Source: Prochlorococcus sp. AG-679-M23
GTDB lineage: Bacteria; Cyanobacteriota; Cyanobacteriia; PCC-6307; Cyanobiaceae
Reading direction: 5' to 3'
NCBI GenBank assembly: GCA_003208875.1
Contig: QCUR01000001.1
Location: 96,001 to 160,000 of the forward strand
Length of the DNA: 64,000 bases
Shown: piece by piece, positions 1-9,191 of the stretch
Position numbering within the stretch: position 1 is the stretch's first letter
How the letters are laid out: every line of letters starts with the position of its first letter
The notes under the pieces: generated by a model
Database searches by the model: none
What the model saw: the letters and a program-made list of their open reading frames with translations, nothing else
Told to the model about the DNA's origin: nothing
Program-made: the position numbers and the translations under genes

Positions 1-699
1 TCAAGACTAAAAAGTCCTTCTTTTAATTTTCCTGAGTGTCCGCGTTCTGGTAAATTAGTTCTTCAAATTAAGAATTTATCTCATAGTTTTGAAGAAAAAA
101 TACTATTATTTGATGTCAATTTAAAGGTTTCTGCAGGAGAAAAAATAGCAATTTTAGGTCCTAATGGATGTGGTAAATCTACTTTGTTTAAGTTGATTAT
201 GAAAAAAATAGAACCTGAAATAGGAGAAGTTAATTTAGGTAAACATAATATAATTACAAGTTATTATGAGCAAAATCAGGCTGCAGCACTTGCTGTTGAA
301 AAACAGGTTATTGATTTAATATATTCAAAAGCACCAGATTGGTCTCAACAAAAAGTAAGGACATTCTTAGGAAGTTTTGGCTTTCATAATGATGCTGTTT
401 TTAAACATGTTCAACAACTTAGTGGTGGCGAAAAAGCTAGATTAGCATTGGCTTTGATGATAATGAATCCAAGCAATTTTTTACTTCTTGATGAACCTAC
501 AAATCATTTAGATTTACAATCGAAAGAGAATTTGGAACTAGCAATAAATAATTATACTGGAACAGTATTTATTATTTCGCATGATAGATATTTTATTTCT
601 AAAGTTGCAAATAGAATTATTGAAATTAAAGACTCGAAATTATTATCTTTTAATGGTAATTATGAATATTTTTTAGAGAAGAAAAGAAGTACAAAATAA
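1..699 (+). CDS. ABC-F family ATP-binding protein, 3' part (5' end outside window)
   Basis: Frame 1 is open from base 1. Walker A GPNGCGKST lies just upstream of the track start at 184, followed by LSGGEK signature, LLLDEPTNHLD Walker B and ISHDRYF. Confidence 0.9.
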   Translation, partial: SRLKSPSFNFPECPRSGKLVLQIKNLSHSFEEKILLFDVNLKVSAGEKIAILGPNGCGKSTLFKLIMKKIEPEIGEVNLGKHNIITSYYEQNQAAALAVEKQVIDLIYSKAPDWSQQKVRTFLGSFGFHNDAVFKHVQQLSGGEKARLALALMIMNPSNFLLLDEPTNHLDLQSKENLELAINNYTGTVFIISHDRYFISKVANRIIEIKDSKLLSFNGNYEYFLEKKRSTK

Positions 700-762
700 C
701 TATTTATGTTTATCTTTTAAATATTTTATTCTTGTTTATTTTTTTAGTTTTGAAGAATAGCT

Positions 763-780
763 TTTAGAAAACTTTACAAT
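763..780 (+). promoter_or_regulatory. HLR1-like (RpaB-type) direct repeat
   Basis: TTTAGAAA-AC-TTTACAAT versus consensus (G/T)TTACA(T/A)(T/A)-N2-repeat; one mismatch; intergenic. Confidence 0.35.
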
Positions 781-868
781 CCTCTAGGCAAGATCACTTA
801 TTTATCTTTACAGACTTCATAACTTTGATTAATGTAAGAATTACGAATTTGTTTTATCGAGAATACTT

Positions 869-1012
869 ATGAAAAAGTATGATTTAAAAGAAAGTAAATA
901 TGTTACTTCTGATCCAGTAGAAAGTTATTTTGAGTGTATTTCTAGTTGTGATATTTCTGATGGTATTTGTATCTCTCAATGTGTAGAAATACTCAGAGAT
1001 GATGAAGGTTAA
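869..1012 (+). CDS. 47-aa Cys-rich small protein (twin Cx3C), not in ORF track
   Basis: ATG 869 to TAA 1010-1012: MKKYDLKESKYVTSDPVESYFECISSCDISDGICISQCVEILRDDEG. It fills an otherwise empty gap. Confidence 0.75.
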   Translation: MKKYDLKESKYVTSDPVESYFECISSCDISDGICISQCVEILRDDEG

Positions 1013-1020
1013 AAAATTTT

Positions 1021-2169
1021 TTATTTTGTTAAATTAGTAATATCTATAGGTTTAACTTTTAATTTAATAATTTTATTTTTTCTTTTTAAGGTTATATTTA
1101 TAAATTTATTAATTCCGTTGTTACTTATTTCATTGATAACATCTGAAGAATTATTAATATTTGTTTTCCCTACTTTTAGGATTATGTCATTAATAAAGAT
1201 TCCGCTCTTTGCAGCAGGGCTATTTGGGACAACGTATCCTACTTTTACAATACTTTCATTCGTCTCAAAATAATTTTCGTCTATTAAGTTGATTCCAATC
1301 ATGGGATGTATTACTTTTCCATTTTTTATTAGTTGTGAAGCGATATTTTTAGCTTTATTTATTGGGATTGCAAAACTTAAGCCTGCCCCAGGGCCTGATC
1401 TAATAAGAGTATTAATACCAATAACTTCTCCCTTACTATTTAATAATGGACCCCCAGAATTGCCAGGGTTTATTGCTGCATCTGTCTGAATTAATTCAAA
1501 CTTTTTATCATATATTCCTAATTGTGAGACATTTCTATTTAAGTTACTAATTATTCCTAGGGTTACTGTATTTTCTAGTCCAAATGGATTACCAACAGCT
1601 ATTGCCCAATCACCAACTTCAATTTTTGTTGAATCACCTAACTTTGCTTTTGGCCAAGGTCCTTTCCCTTCAAGCTTGATAATAGCTAAATCAGTAAGTA
1701 AATCTTGTCCTATTAACTTCCCTTTATATTTTTTTCCATTTGATAAACCAACTATCAACTTTTGTGATTTATTAACAACATGTGCATTAGTCATTACGAG
1801 ACCATCTCCGAATATAAAGCCGCTTCCTTGGCTCTGTTCTATCCGTGGTTGATTTTCAGGAGGTAATTGTAAGCCGAAGAATCTTTCAAAATACGGATCT
1901 AAGAATATTCTTGAATCTCTAGAAAATTGTCTATTTTCAACAAATCGTTGAGTGTCAATAGTTACTACTGAAGCCCCTGTTTTCTTTACTGCTTTTGTTA
2001 TGAAAGATATATTTGAAATTTTAGATTCTTCATTAAGATTTTGATTTACTATGGGCTGAGATATTACATTTGATTTATTAATTAGGCCAACTGTTAAAAA
2101 GGATAGGAAGAATAGTTTTTTAAAAGAGAATTTTATAAATTTTACTTTTGTGATTGTCTTTGAAAACAT
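1021..2169 (-). CDS. HtrA/DegP-family trypsin-like serine protease with PDZ domain
   Basis: GSGFI, TNAHVV, DLA and INPGNSGGPL catalytic motifs; C-terminal PDZ; N-terminal hydrophobic segment. Confidence 0.95.
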   Translation of the reverse strand: MFSKTITKVKFIKFSFKKLFFLSFLTVGLINKSNVISQPIVNQNLNEESKISNISFITKAVKKTGASVVTIDTQRFVENRQFSRDSRIFLDPYFERFFGLQLPPENQPRIEQSQGSGFIFGDGLVMTNAHVVNKSQKLIVGLSNGKKYKGKLIGQDLLTDLAIIKLEGKGPWPKAKLGDSTKIEVGDWAIAVGNPFGLENTVTLGIISNLNRNVSQLGIYDKKFELIQTDAAINPGNSGGPLLNSKGEVIGINTLIRSGPGAGLSFAIPINKAKNIASQLIKNGKVIHPMIGINLIDENYFETNESIVKVGYVVPNSPAAKSGIFINDIILKVGKTNINNSSDVINEISNNGINKFINITLKRKNKIIKLKVKPIDITNLTK

Positions 2170-2317
2170 TGGTTTATAATTTATTATTTATGTTAGTGAT
2201 AATTACACAAATCGCTAAAATTATTTGGTAAATAGAAGAATATCTTTCTTGAAATTAGCTAAATTTATTTTTTTCGAGCTATTATAGATTTTAAGTAATA
2301 ATGAATTAATAAACTTA

Positions 2318-2581
2318 ATGTCTTTCTTATTTCCAATAGTTTATTCAGCTGCTCTAACCTATTTAGTTTGGAAGGCTTTTAAAGTAATGTCAAACGGTTG
2401 GGGAGCACTTGATAAACAGCCAAATAGATCTTACAAAACAAATATCAAAGAAAAGAAATATACCATCCATCCTGAACTTCTTGATAAATCTGGAAATATA
2501 ACTCAAGAAGAATTACTTACAGTAAGGTTTTCTAATGATACAGATTCAACTCTGGAAGAAAAGGGAACTACAACTGATTAA
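2318..2581 (+). CDS. Small membrane-anchored cyanobacterial protein (DUF2973-like)
   Basis: N-terminal TM helix and TIHPELLD..G..T.EELL.VRF motif. Confidence 0.7.
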   Translation: MSFLFPIVYSAALTYLVWKAFKVMSNGWGALDKQPNRSYKTNIKEKKYTIHPELLDKSGNITQEELLTVRFSNDTDSTLEEKGTTTD

Positions 2582-2612
2582 ATTCATTAAGTAAATTTAT
2601 AAGGATAAAAAT

Positions 2613-2996
2613 TTGGAATTAAGAACAAAGATTGTCTCCGGAGTTATTAGATCACTCAAGTTACCGCCTAGGTTCCGTCTTAAAATGGTTAAAGAAGATC
2701 CTGTCAGACTAGAATTAAGTCTAACTCCTTCTTATGGAAAAAATCCAGTAATAGTTGGAATAGTTGAGTCTCTGGATTTAGTTGCTAGGAGAGATAGAGA
2801 GGGAAGAATGCCAAGAGATTTACAAGGAACTTGGGATTGGACTGTAAGACATGGGAAAGTAAGCACTGGTGGTTGGAACCCAATGCTTAAAGAAGCTCTC
2901 CAAACTATGTTTGAAACTGGCTTGCCTGCGATAATATATGAAGAATTAACTGGAGACGAGTACAAGCCAGTAGATGGAATAAGACATGTTAGATAA
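2613..2996 (+). CDS. Conserved cyanobacterial hypothetical protein
   Basis: 127-aa ORF (TTG start) co-oriented with neighbours, with normal protein-like composition. Confidence 0.75.
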   Translation: MELRTKIVSGVIRSLKLPPRFRLKMVKEDPVRLELSLTPSYGKNPVIVGIVESLDLVARRDREGRMPRDLQGTWDWTVRHGKVSTGGWNPMLKEALQTMFETGLPAIIYEELTGDEYKPVDGIRHVR

Positions 2997-3064
2997 ATCA
3001 TGAATTTTTTACATAAATTCAACCTTCAAACGCTAAAATATAATTACTTTTGGATTAAATTATT

Positions 3065-3211
3065 ATGAATGAGGATAATCAACCAAGATTTGGTTTTGTC
3101 AACTTTGCTGAAACTTGGAATGGCAGAATGGCCATGATGGGAATATTGATAGGTTTAGGTACAGAATTAATTACAGGACAAAGTATTCTAAGACAAATTG
3201 GGATTGGTTAA
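3065..3211 (+). CDS. hli: High-light-inducible protein (Hli/Scp), 48 aa, not in ORF track
   Basis: MNEDNQPRFGFVNFAETWNGRMAMMGILIGLGTELITGQSILRQIGIG contains the chlorophyll-binding AExxNGRxAMxG motif and TGQ. Confidence 0.95.
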   Translation: MNEDNQPRFGFVNFAETWNGRMAMMGILIGLGTELITGQSILRQIGIG

Positions 3212-3240
3212 TTTTTTCACAAGAAGTATTTTAAGAATCA

Positions 3241-3567
3241 TCATTTGATTTCTTCTGCTTTTACTTCAATTGTAGTTTCACTAGGGTTTTGCAAACTTTC
3301 AGAGGTTTTTAAATTTGTATCTTTTAAATCTGCACCACAATTCATGCAGGTATTGTTAATTCCTAAAGTTATAGTGCCACATTGATTACAAGTATTTACT
3401 TTTGACTTTAAGGAATTAAAACTTATCAATAAAACAAAAAGTATTAAAAGAGCAATTAAAAATAAAAGTAATAAAATATTTCCTACAAGACTTAAAAAAA
3501 AGTTAAATCCAAAAAGGGCAATGAATATAAATAAAATTAAAGTATAAGTAACTAAATTTTTGTTCAT
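3241..3567 (-). CDS. Small membrane protein with zinc-ribbon motif
   Basis: Hydrophobic N-terminal half followed by CNQCG...CMNCG. Confidence 0.75.
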   Translation of the reverse strand: MNKNLVTYTLILFIFIALFGFNFFLSLVGNILLLLFLIALLILFVLLISFNSLKSKVNTCNQCGTITLGINNTCMNCGADLKDTNLKTSESLQNPSETTIEVKAEEIK

Positions 3568-3600
3568 TTTAGAAAAAGATACATTTCATTTTTTTAGGAA

Positions 3601-4512
3601 TTAATTTTTTCTTTTCCTGCTTGTTAAAGACATACTAGCTATAACTACACTCCAACATTGTCCAAAATATAAAATAACTCCTAATAACCATACCCATAAA
3701 GTTAGTACTAAAAAACCTCCAATAAAACCATATGCTTGAAACCTTGCCCCAAGGGAAAGAATACTTTTACTAACTGCTAGATTAAGAGTAGTTAGTCCAA
3801 TTCCAATCAGAATTGAACCAGGTATTAGTGGTTTTAAAGGAACTTTTCTACTCGGCAATAGTGCTTGAAGTAATAAAGCCATTAATGAAAATCCCACAAG
3901 TGGTAAAGCAAATTGACCAACTTGTAAGAGTGGTAATTTCATAATGAATTCAGAAACAAAATTACTAGAATTTGATATTTTTTCTAAAACATTAGTTGGA
4001 ATCATTCTGAGATTTGCACTGATTTGATCTAATACCATTAAAAAACCTATAAAAAATACTATTAAGAAAGCTTCAATTCTGTTCCTAAGAAATCTTGATG
4101 CTTGCTCTTGCCAGGCAGAGTTTATTCTTCTTGAAGGTAGCTCGTCTTCCCAAAGCCTATCTGAACCTCTTTGAAGTGATAAGTAAGCGTTGCCAGCAGT
4201 AAATAGTAAAAACATAGCTCCTAAAATACCTGCTCCAAAGCCTTGGTCAATTAATTTAAATAATGTTGTTTCAACTAATTCAACAACCGATGGAGGTAAA
4301 ATTTGAGCGGCAACAGATATTATTTGTTGATCTAAACCATCTTGTTTACCTAGAAACCAGGAAGCTATTGAAAGAGAAATAAGGAGTATTGGAAAGAATG
4401 ACTGAAGTGTGTAATAAGCAAAAGCAGCGCTTAAATCAATACAATCTGATTTACTCCATCTTTCACAAGCTCCCCATAAACTTTTAATAATCCATGTTGT
4501 ACTGCGCTGCAT
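3601..4512 (-). CDS. YihY/virulence factor BrkB family membrane protein
   Basis: SAAFAYYTLQSFFP and YGFIGGFLVLTLWVW motifs, multiple TM helices; ATG at 4512 preferred over TTG at 4527. Confidence 0.88.
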   Translation of the reverse strand: MQRSTTWIIKSLWGACERWSKSDCIDLSAAFAYYTLQSFFPILLISLSIASWFLGKQDGLDQQIISVAAQILPPSVVELVETTLFKLIDQGFGAGILGAMFLLFTAGNAYLSLQRGSDRLWEDELPSRRINSAWQEQASRFLRNRIEAFLIVFFIGFLMVLDQISANLRMIPTNVLEKISNSSNFVSEFIMKLPLLQVGQFALPLVGFSLMALLLQALLPSRKVPLKPLIPGSILIGIGLTTLNLAVSKSILSLGARFQAYGFIGGFLVLTLWVWLLGVILYFGQCWSVVIASMSLTSRKRKN

Positions 4513-4601
4513 ATTAATTCTCTTCAAATACTTATCCCAAAATCTTTTTTATTGTATCCAATAGGGATATTTTTCAAGTCTTTTATATATTTATGATGCA
4601 A

Positions 4602-5399
4602 CTAATTATCCAATAATAAATTACCCCATGGTCTTAATACTTTCATTTTTTCTTTTGTTCTAGAGGCAATTAATGGGAAATTAGTATCTTGTAAATCTTG
4701 TTTTGCAGTTAAATGCATAGGGTTTATTTCTAACCATTCAATTGAACAATTTAGCTCCTCAAGTAATAGCCATGCTGCCGCAATGTCCCATATTTTAGGA
4801 GTCGATTCTATTGCTCCAAAAGTTTGTCCCATTGCAACGCTTGTTAAATTTAAACTGGATACACCAAGAAGTCTTATTTTCCCAGGAAATATAGAGCTAG
4901 GATTTTTTTGTAAAATTTTAATAGATCTACTGCATAAAGACACGCATTCACTTTTTTGATTATTATTAACCTCAATTTTCTTGTTGTTAAGCCAAACACC
5001 TTCTCCTTTGATGGCTACAAATTTTTTCTTTAATGTAGGAATGATTAAAAAAGAAGATTGAGGGGCTCCATCCACAAATCTTGCTACCGAAATAGACCAA
5101 TATGGAATTCCTGCAGCAAAATTTGTCGTCCCATCAAGAGGATCTACTATCCAATAAGCATTTGTATCAGGAACTAACTTTCCTCCCTCTTCACTAAGAA
5201 CCCCTTCATTCGGAGCAATTTTAGATAGAGCCTCTACTATAGTTTTATCGCTCCATAAATCACAACTTGTTATTAATGAACCATCTGACTTGTTGCTAGC
5301 ACTGATGTTTCCAAAATCTTTTAATTGGCGATCACTAACCAATTCAAACAAAGATTCTAAATCTTTTAACTGAAGACTGGTTAAATTATTTTGATTCAT
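4602..5399 (-). CDS. Inositol monophosphatase family protein
   Basis: SEE, WIVDPLDGTTNF and WDIAA motifs; ATG at 5399. Confidence 0.92.
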   Translation of the reverse strand: MNQNNLTSLQLKDLESLFELVSDRQLKDFGNISASNKSDGSLITSCDLWSDKTIVEALSKIAPNEGVLSEEGGKLVPDTNAYWIVDPLDGTTNFAAGIPYWSISVARFVDGAPQSSFLIIPTLKKKFVAIKGEGVWLNNKKIEVNNNQKSECVSLCSRSIKILQKNPSSIFPGKIRLLGVSSLNLTSVAMGQTFGAIESTPKIWDIAAAWLLLEELNCSIEWLEINPMHLTAKQDLQDTNFPLIASRTKEKMKVLRPWGNLLLDN

Positions 5400-5401
5400 A
5401 T

Positions 5402-6832
5402 TCAGATATTGCAAATAGATTGAATGTCATTTTTGATAAGATTATTTTTCTCGTTACAAATATTACTTATTTCAAGAAAAGTAAATCTTACTAATTCATC
5501 TAAATTTAAATTGTAATTATAAATTGAATCAATTTTTTTTGAATTAGCATTACTTAACTCTTTTTGTCTTATAAGAACATCTTTTAGTGTAGATATTCCT
5601 ACGTCATATCTTAATCTTGCTAATCTTAAGGATTCTTCTGTAGAAGAGATTTCTTTTAGAGATGAAAGAATTTTTTCTTCATTTAATTTTAAATTCAAAT
5701 AGGCTTTACTGATATTTGTCTTTAAAACATTTTCAAGATTTTTATAGGAGTAATCCTCCGATTTTGCATCAGCTTTGCTTGATTTATATAAATTTTTATT
5801 TTGACCGCCGTCAAAAATATTCCAACCAAAATTTAAGCTTACAGTATTTGTATATGAAGATCCAGATTTTTCAGGGTCTATTTTGACTGACAATGAATCA
5901 CCCTTAGAAAACGAACTAGTAAACGTATTACTTAGGTAAACATTTGGCTTGTAAACATTCAAATAATTCTTAGCTTGATTTTCTTTGATTGATTTTTTTA
6001 GATTAATATTTTTGAGGGAAAGGCTATTTACTAAACCCTCATTAATATTCTTGTTTAATTTATGGTTCCAGAAACCTATTAATTTTTGCTTTTGATTAAT
6101 CTCGAAGTCCCCATTTATATTTAAGATTTCTTTTAGTGCAATTTTATTAATCTGATTCTGAATTTTTTTCTCATTTAGTGATTGCTTATCTCTAGATAAT
6201 TGTGCTTCAGCTTCAAGAACCTCAAATTTTGTTCCTATCCCTGCATCAAATTTTGACTGAGCATCTTTCAAACTAGTAATTGATAAATCAAGAGATAATT
6301 TTTTGTTTTTAATATCCTGATAAGACTTTTGTAGTTTGTGATATCTAGATTTTGCCTCTTTTATTAGATCTTTCTTTTTAATCTCATAATTATTTTTAGC
6401 TATTTCGTAATTATTTCTAGCTATTTTAATTTCAGATCCCCTTAGAGGGTCTATTAAGTCTAACTTAATATTAAGGGATGGATTTGCTGAAAATTGCGAA
6501 GTTTTTGTAGTCGATGAACTACTGTTATAATTTTTGCCTGAAACATATTTAGGTAATCCACTGGCTTGCAAATCTAATGAGGGATATCTTTTAGCGATTT
6601 TGCTCGAAAGAGTAAACGTTGTTGAATTGACTAAACTTTCTAATGCTTTAAGTTCTTGATTATTCTTTAGAGTAATATTACCTATTTCTGAATAATTAAG
6701 GAATATTTGGTTTTCGTTTTCTTGAAGGATTTCTTCAATATTATTATTGACCTTGCTTAATAGTGCTTCTTGAGAATTAATATACAAACAAAAAGGCAAA
6801 ACTAAAATTGGATGTATAAGTTTTCTAAGCAT
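5402..6832 (-). CDS. tolC: TolC-family outer membrane efflux protein
   Basis: Signal-like N-terminus and two OEP repeats (RYPSLDL...GIGTKFEVLEAE; YKPNVYL...VGISTLKDVL). Confidence 0.88.
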   Translation of the reverse strand: MLRKLIHPILVLPFCLYINSQEALLSKVNNNIEEILQENENQIFLNYSEIGNITLKNNQELKALESLVNSTTFTLSSKIAKRYPSLDLQASGLPKYVSGKNYNSSSSTTKTSQFSANPSLNIKLDLIDPLRGSEIKIARNNYEIAKNNYEIKKKDLIKEAKSRYHKLQKSYQDIKNKKLSLDLSITSLKDAQSKFDAGIGTKFEVLEAEAQLSRDKQSLNEKKIQNQINKIALKEILNINGDFEINQKQKLIGFWNHKLNKNINEGLVNSLSLKNINLKKSIKENQAKNYLNVYKPNVYLSNTFTSSFSKGDSLSVKIDPEKSGSSYTNTVSLNFGWNIFDGGQNKNLYKSSKADAKSEDYSYKNLENVLKTNISKAYLNLKLNEEKILSSLKEISSTEESLRLARLRYDVGISTLKDVLIRQKELSNANSKKIDSIYNYNLNLDELVRFTFLEISNICNEKNNLIKNDIQSICNI

Positions 6833-8237
6833 AATTAAGTATTTCTTTTGTTTTAGATAAACCTATTAGATTACTAATAATATCATTTGTATCATCAAGA
6901 ACGTGAATATTAGTTTTCAGTTTATTTGAAACTTCAGTTATATTTTTGTCATCCAAAAACAAATCACTGTTAAGCTTTAACATTATTGATGGTATAAATA
7001 TACTTTCTCCTAGATCCTTATGTTGTAGTCCAGTAATTAGATCTTCACCAGTTAAAAGCCCTGTTACAACTTGATCTTGCCCCCAGTAAACACTTGGCAA
7101 GCCATATAGATTAATTTTGAGGCCATCAATTTTATTAAGTTTTTTCACTGTTGGAAGCAGTGCTTCGTAAACTAATTTCCCAACAATCCAACTGACTTTT
7201 CTTTGTTTATCAATTTTTTCAGGAAGAGATTTTGTTTTAGTTTCCAATGTTTTAAGAAAACTTCGTATTGAACCAACTCCATTAGATTCTTGGGGCATAT
7301 TTTCATATGTTTTATAGCTTGGTAATTTGAGACCAGCTATTAAGTACCATTCGTCGGCAAGCCAACAAAAGCGAGTTCCAATACTTTTTTGTAGAGAGGT
7401 TTGTATTTTTTCCACTTGTTGAATAATTTTTCTTGCATATTCTTTGCTTATCGCTATTAAGCCATCGTTTTCAGGCCTAAACTTTGTTAGACCTACTGGA
7501 ACTATGGCTGTTGATAGTACCGTTTTAAAACTTTTTTTATAAAATTTCGCAAGATCGTAAATAGATTTTTCTAAGATTTTACCATCATTAATTTCGGGAC
7601 ATACAACTATTTGCGCGTGTATCTGGATTGAATTTTGTTCTAACCATTCAATTTGATCAAGAATTTGACTTGCTTTTTTATTTTTTAATAATTGTTCTCG
7701 GGTCTTTGGGTCAGTGGCATGTATTGAAATAAAAAGCGGTGATAGTTTTTGAGTCGATATTCTATTCCAATCATCTTTATTTAAATTGGTTAGCGTTAGA
7801 TATGAACCATATAGAAAACTTAATCTATAGTCATCATCTTTTACGTAAAGACTTTTTCTTTTGCCATTTGGTTGTTGATCTATAAAGCAAAAAGGACACT
7901 TATTGTTACATTGTTTGATTGAGTCAAATAATGCATCTTTGAAATTAATTCCTAAATTTTCGTCTTGATCTTTTTCAATACTAATGTTGTGAATCTTCTT
8001 GTTTTTATCCAATACCGATATATCTAAAATTTCTTCACTAATTAGAATCTGATAATCAATTAAGTCTCTAGGTTTCTTACCATTAATACTAATAATTGAA
8101 TCACCTGATTCAAAGCCTATTTCTTCAGCAATAGAATTACTTTCGATACTTTCAATTTCTGCTGGATTAATTTGGTAGTTAATATTCGGAATCAAAAGAT
8201 CATTAGAATCCTCTTTATAATTAATTTCTTTCCACAC
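6825..8237 (-). CDS. PDZ-containing radical SAM protein (TIGR03279-like)
   Basis: N-terminal PDZ (SIAEEIGFESGD), CNNKCPFC cluster motif, KDDDYRLSFLYGSY. Confidence 0.9.
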   Translation of the reverse strand: MWKEINYKEDSNDLLIPNINYQINPAEIESIESNSIAEEIGFESGDSIISINGKKPRDLIDYQILISEEILDISVLDKNKKIHNISIEKDQDENLGINFKDALFDSIKQCNNKCPFCFIDQQPNGKRKSLYVKDDDYRLSFLYGSYLTLTNLNKDDWNRISTQKLSPLFISIHATDPKTREQLLKNKKASQILDQIEWLEQNSIQIHAQIVVCPEINDGKILEKSIYDLAKFYKKSFKTVLSTAIVPVGLTKFRPENDGLIAISKEYARKIIQQVEKIQTSLQKSIGTRFCWLADEWYLIAGLKLPSYKTYENMPQESNGVGSIRSFLKTLETKTKSLPEKIDKQRKVSWIVGKLVYEALLPTVKKLNKIDGLKINLYGLPSVYWGQDQVVTGLLTGEDLITGLQHKDLGESIFIPSIMLKLNSDLFLDDKNITEVSNKLKTNIHVLDDTNDIISNLIGLSKTKEILNYA

Positions 8238-8423
8238 AATTAAAGACCAATCTTTTATCTTTATATTTATTGTAAACTCATATAAGACTCGAAGTATATT
8301 AAATACTCTTAAAATATTAAATATGGTTAATTTATTTCAACTATTAAATTAATAAAATATGTCATCTGCATTTTTATTAAACTAGACCTAAATTAATTCA
8401 AAAATTTTAAAAGCCTTAATGCA

Positions 8424-9191
8424 TTGGAAGAATTAATTACTAAAAATTTAGAAGTGAATGATAATTTGAAACCTAGATTTCATAGTGGATTCGATATTGT
8501 TAAAAGTACTTTTTTATCTAGACCAATTGCTTTAAGACTATGGTCATCTTTTTTTGTAATTTTGCCAATTTTTGTACAGGCACCATGGGTTAGATTTGCT
8601 CCTATTAGTGCTCTTTGCGCTACTTTTTTTATACTTGCTGCGGCTTTTTTATTGTCTAGAAAGGAGGGAGATAAATGGTTTATTGTAGGATCGTTATTAT
8701 TAGGAGTCTCGGGAAGTTGGCTTGGAGGTTGTTTATTTTGGGGCTGGTTAAGTGCTTATCCTATTCTCCATATCCCAGTTGAAGCAGTGGCATTGCCTCT
8801 TGCAATTGTCGGATTGGGAACAAAATGGAAAATAGGTTCAAGTTTTTATATCTCGTCTTTATTTGGAACGGCTATTACAGATTTGACAATATTTTTGACA
8901 GGAATAATGGATCAATGGAAGGAGGTTATTATTGCGGATTCTGATAATGCTCCATTAATACTTCAGAAAACTTCCGAAAATCTTATTCAGTTTAAATCTT
9001 TGTCTATTATTATTGTGGCGGCATTAATACTCTGGTTAATATCAAAAGAAATTTTTAATTATGCTATATCTAATTCGATAAATGGGAAGGCTTTTTTAGT
9101 ATCAAGTTATGTAATTCAAACTACCTTAATTGTTGATGGTATTTTTGTTGTGTTAGCAATTATTCAGCCAAAACTAAGTGGTTTGGTTTAA
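8424..9191 (+). CDS. Cyanobacterial membrane protein (DUF3120-like)
   Basis: Multi-TM protein with PIFVQAPWVR and GCLFWGW motifs. Confidence 0.75.
   Translation: MEELITKNLEVNDNLKPRFHSGFDIVKSTFLSRPIALRLWSSFFVILPIFVQAPWVRFAPISALCATFFILAAAFLLSRKEGDKWFIVGSLLLGVSGSWLGGCLFWGWLSAYPILHIPVEAVALPLAIVGLGTKWKIGSSFYISSLFGTAITDLTIFLTGIMDQWKEVIIADSDNAPLILQKTSENLIQFKSLSIIIVAALILWLISKEIFNYAISNSINGKAFLVSSYVIQTTLIVDGIFVVLAIIQPKLSGLV

Noticed and set aside
2987..3016. HLR1 site upstream of hli
   Set aside because: Only one good half-site (TTTACATA); no partner at the 2-nt spacing.
8293..8309. NtcA-like palindrome AGTATATTAAATACT
   Set aside because: Spacing is GTA-N7-TAC, not GTA-N8-TAC.
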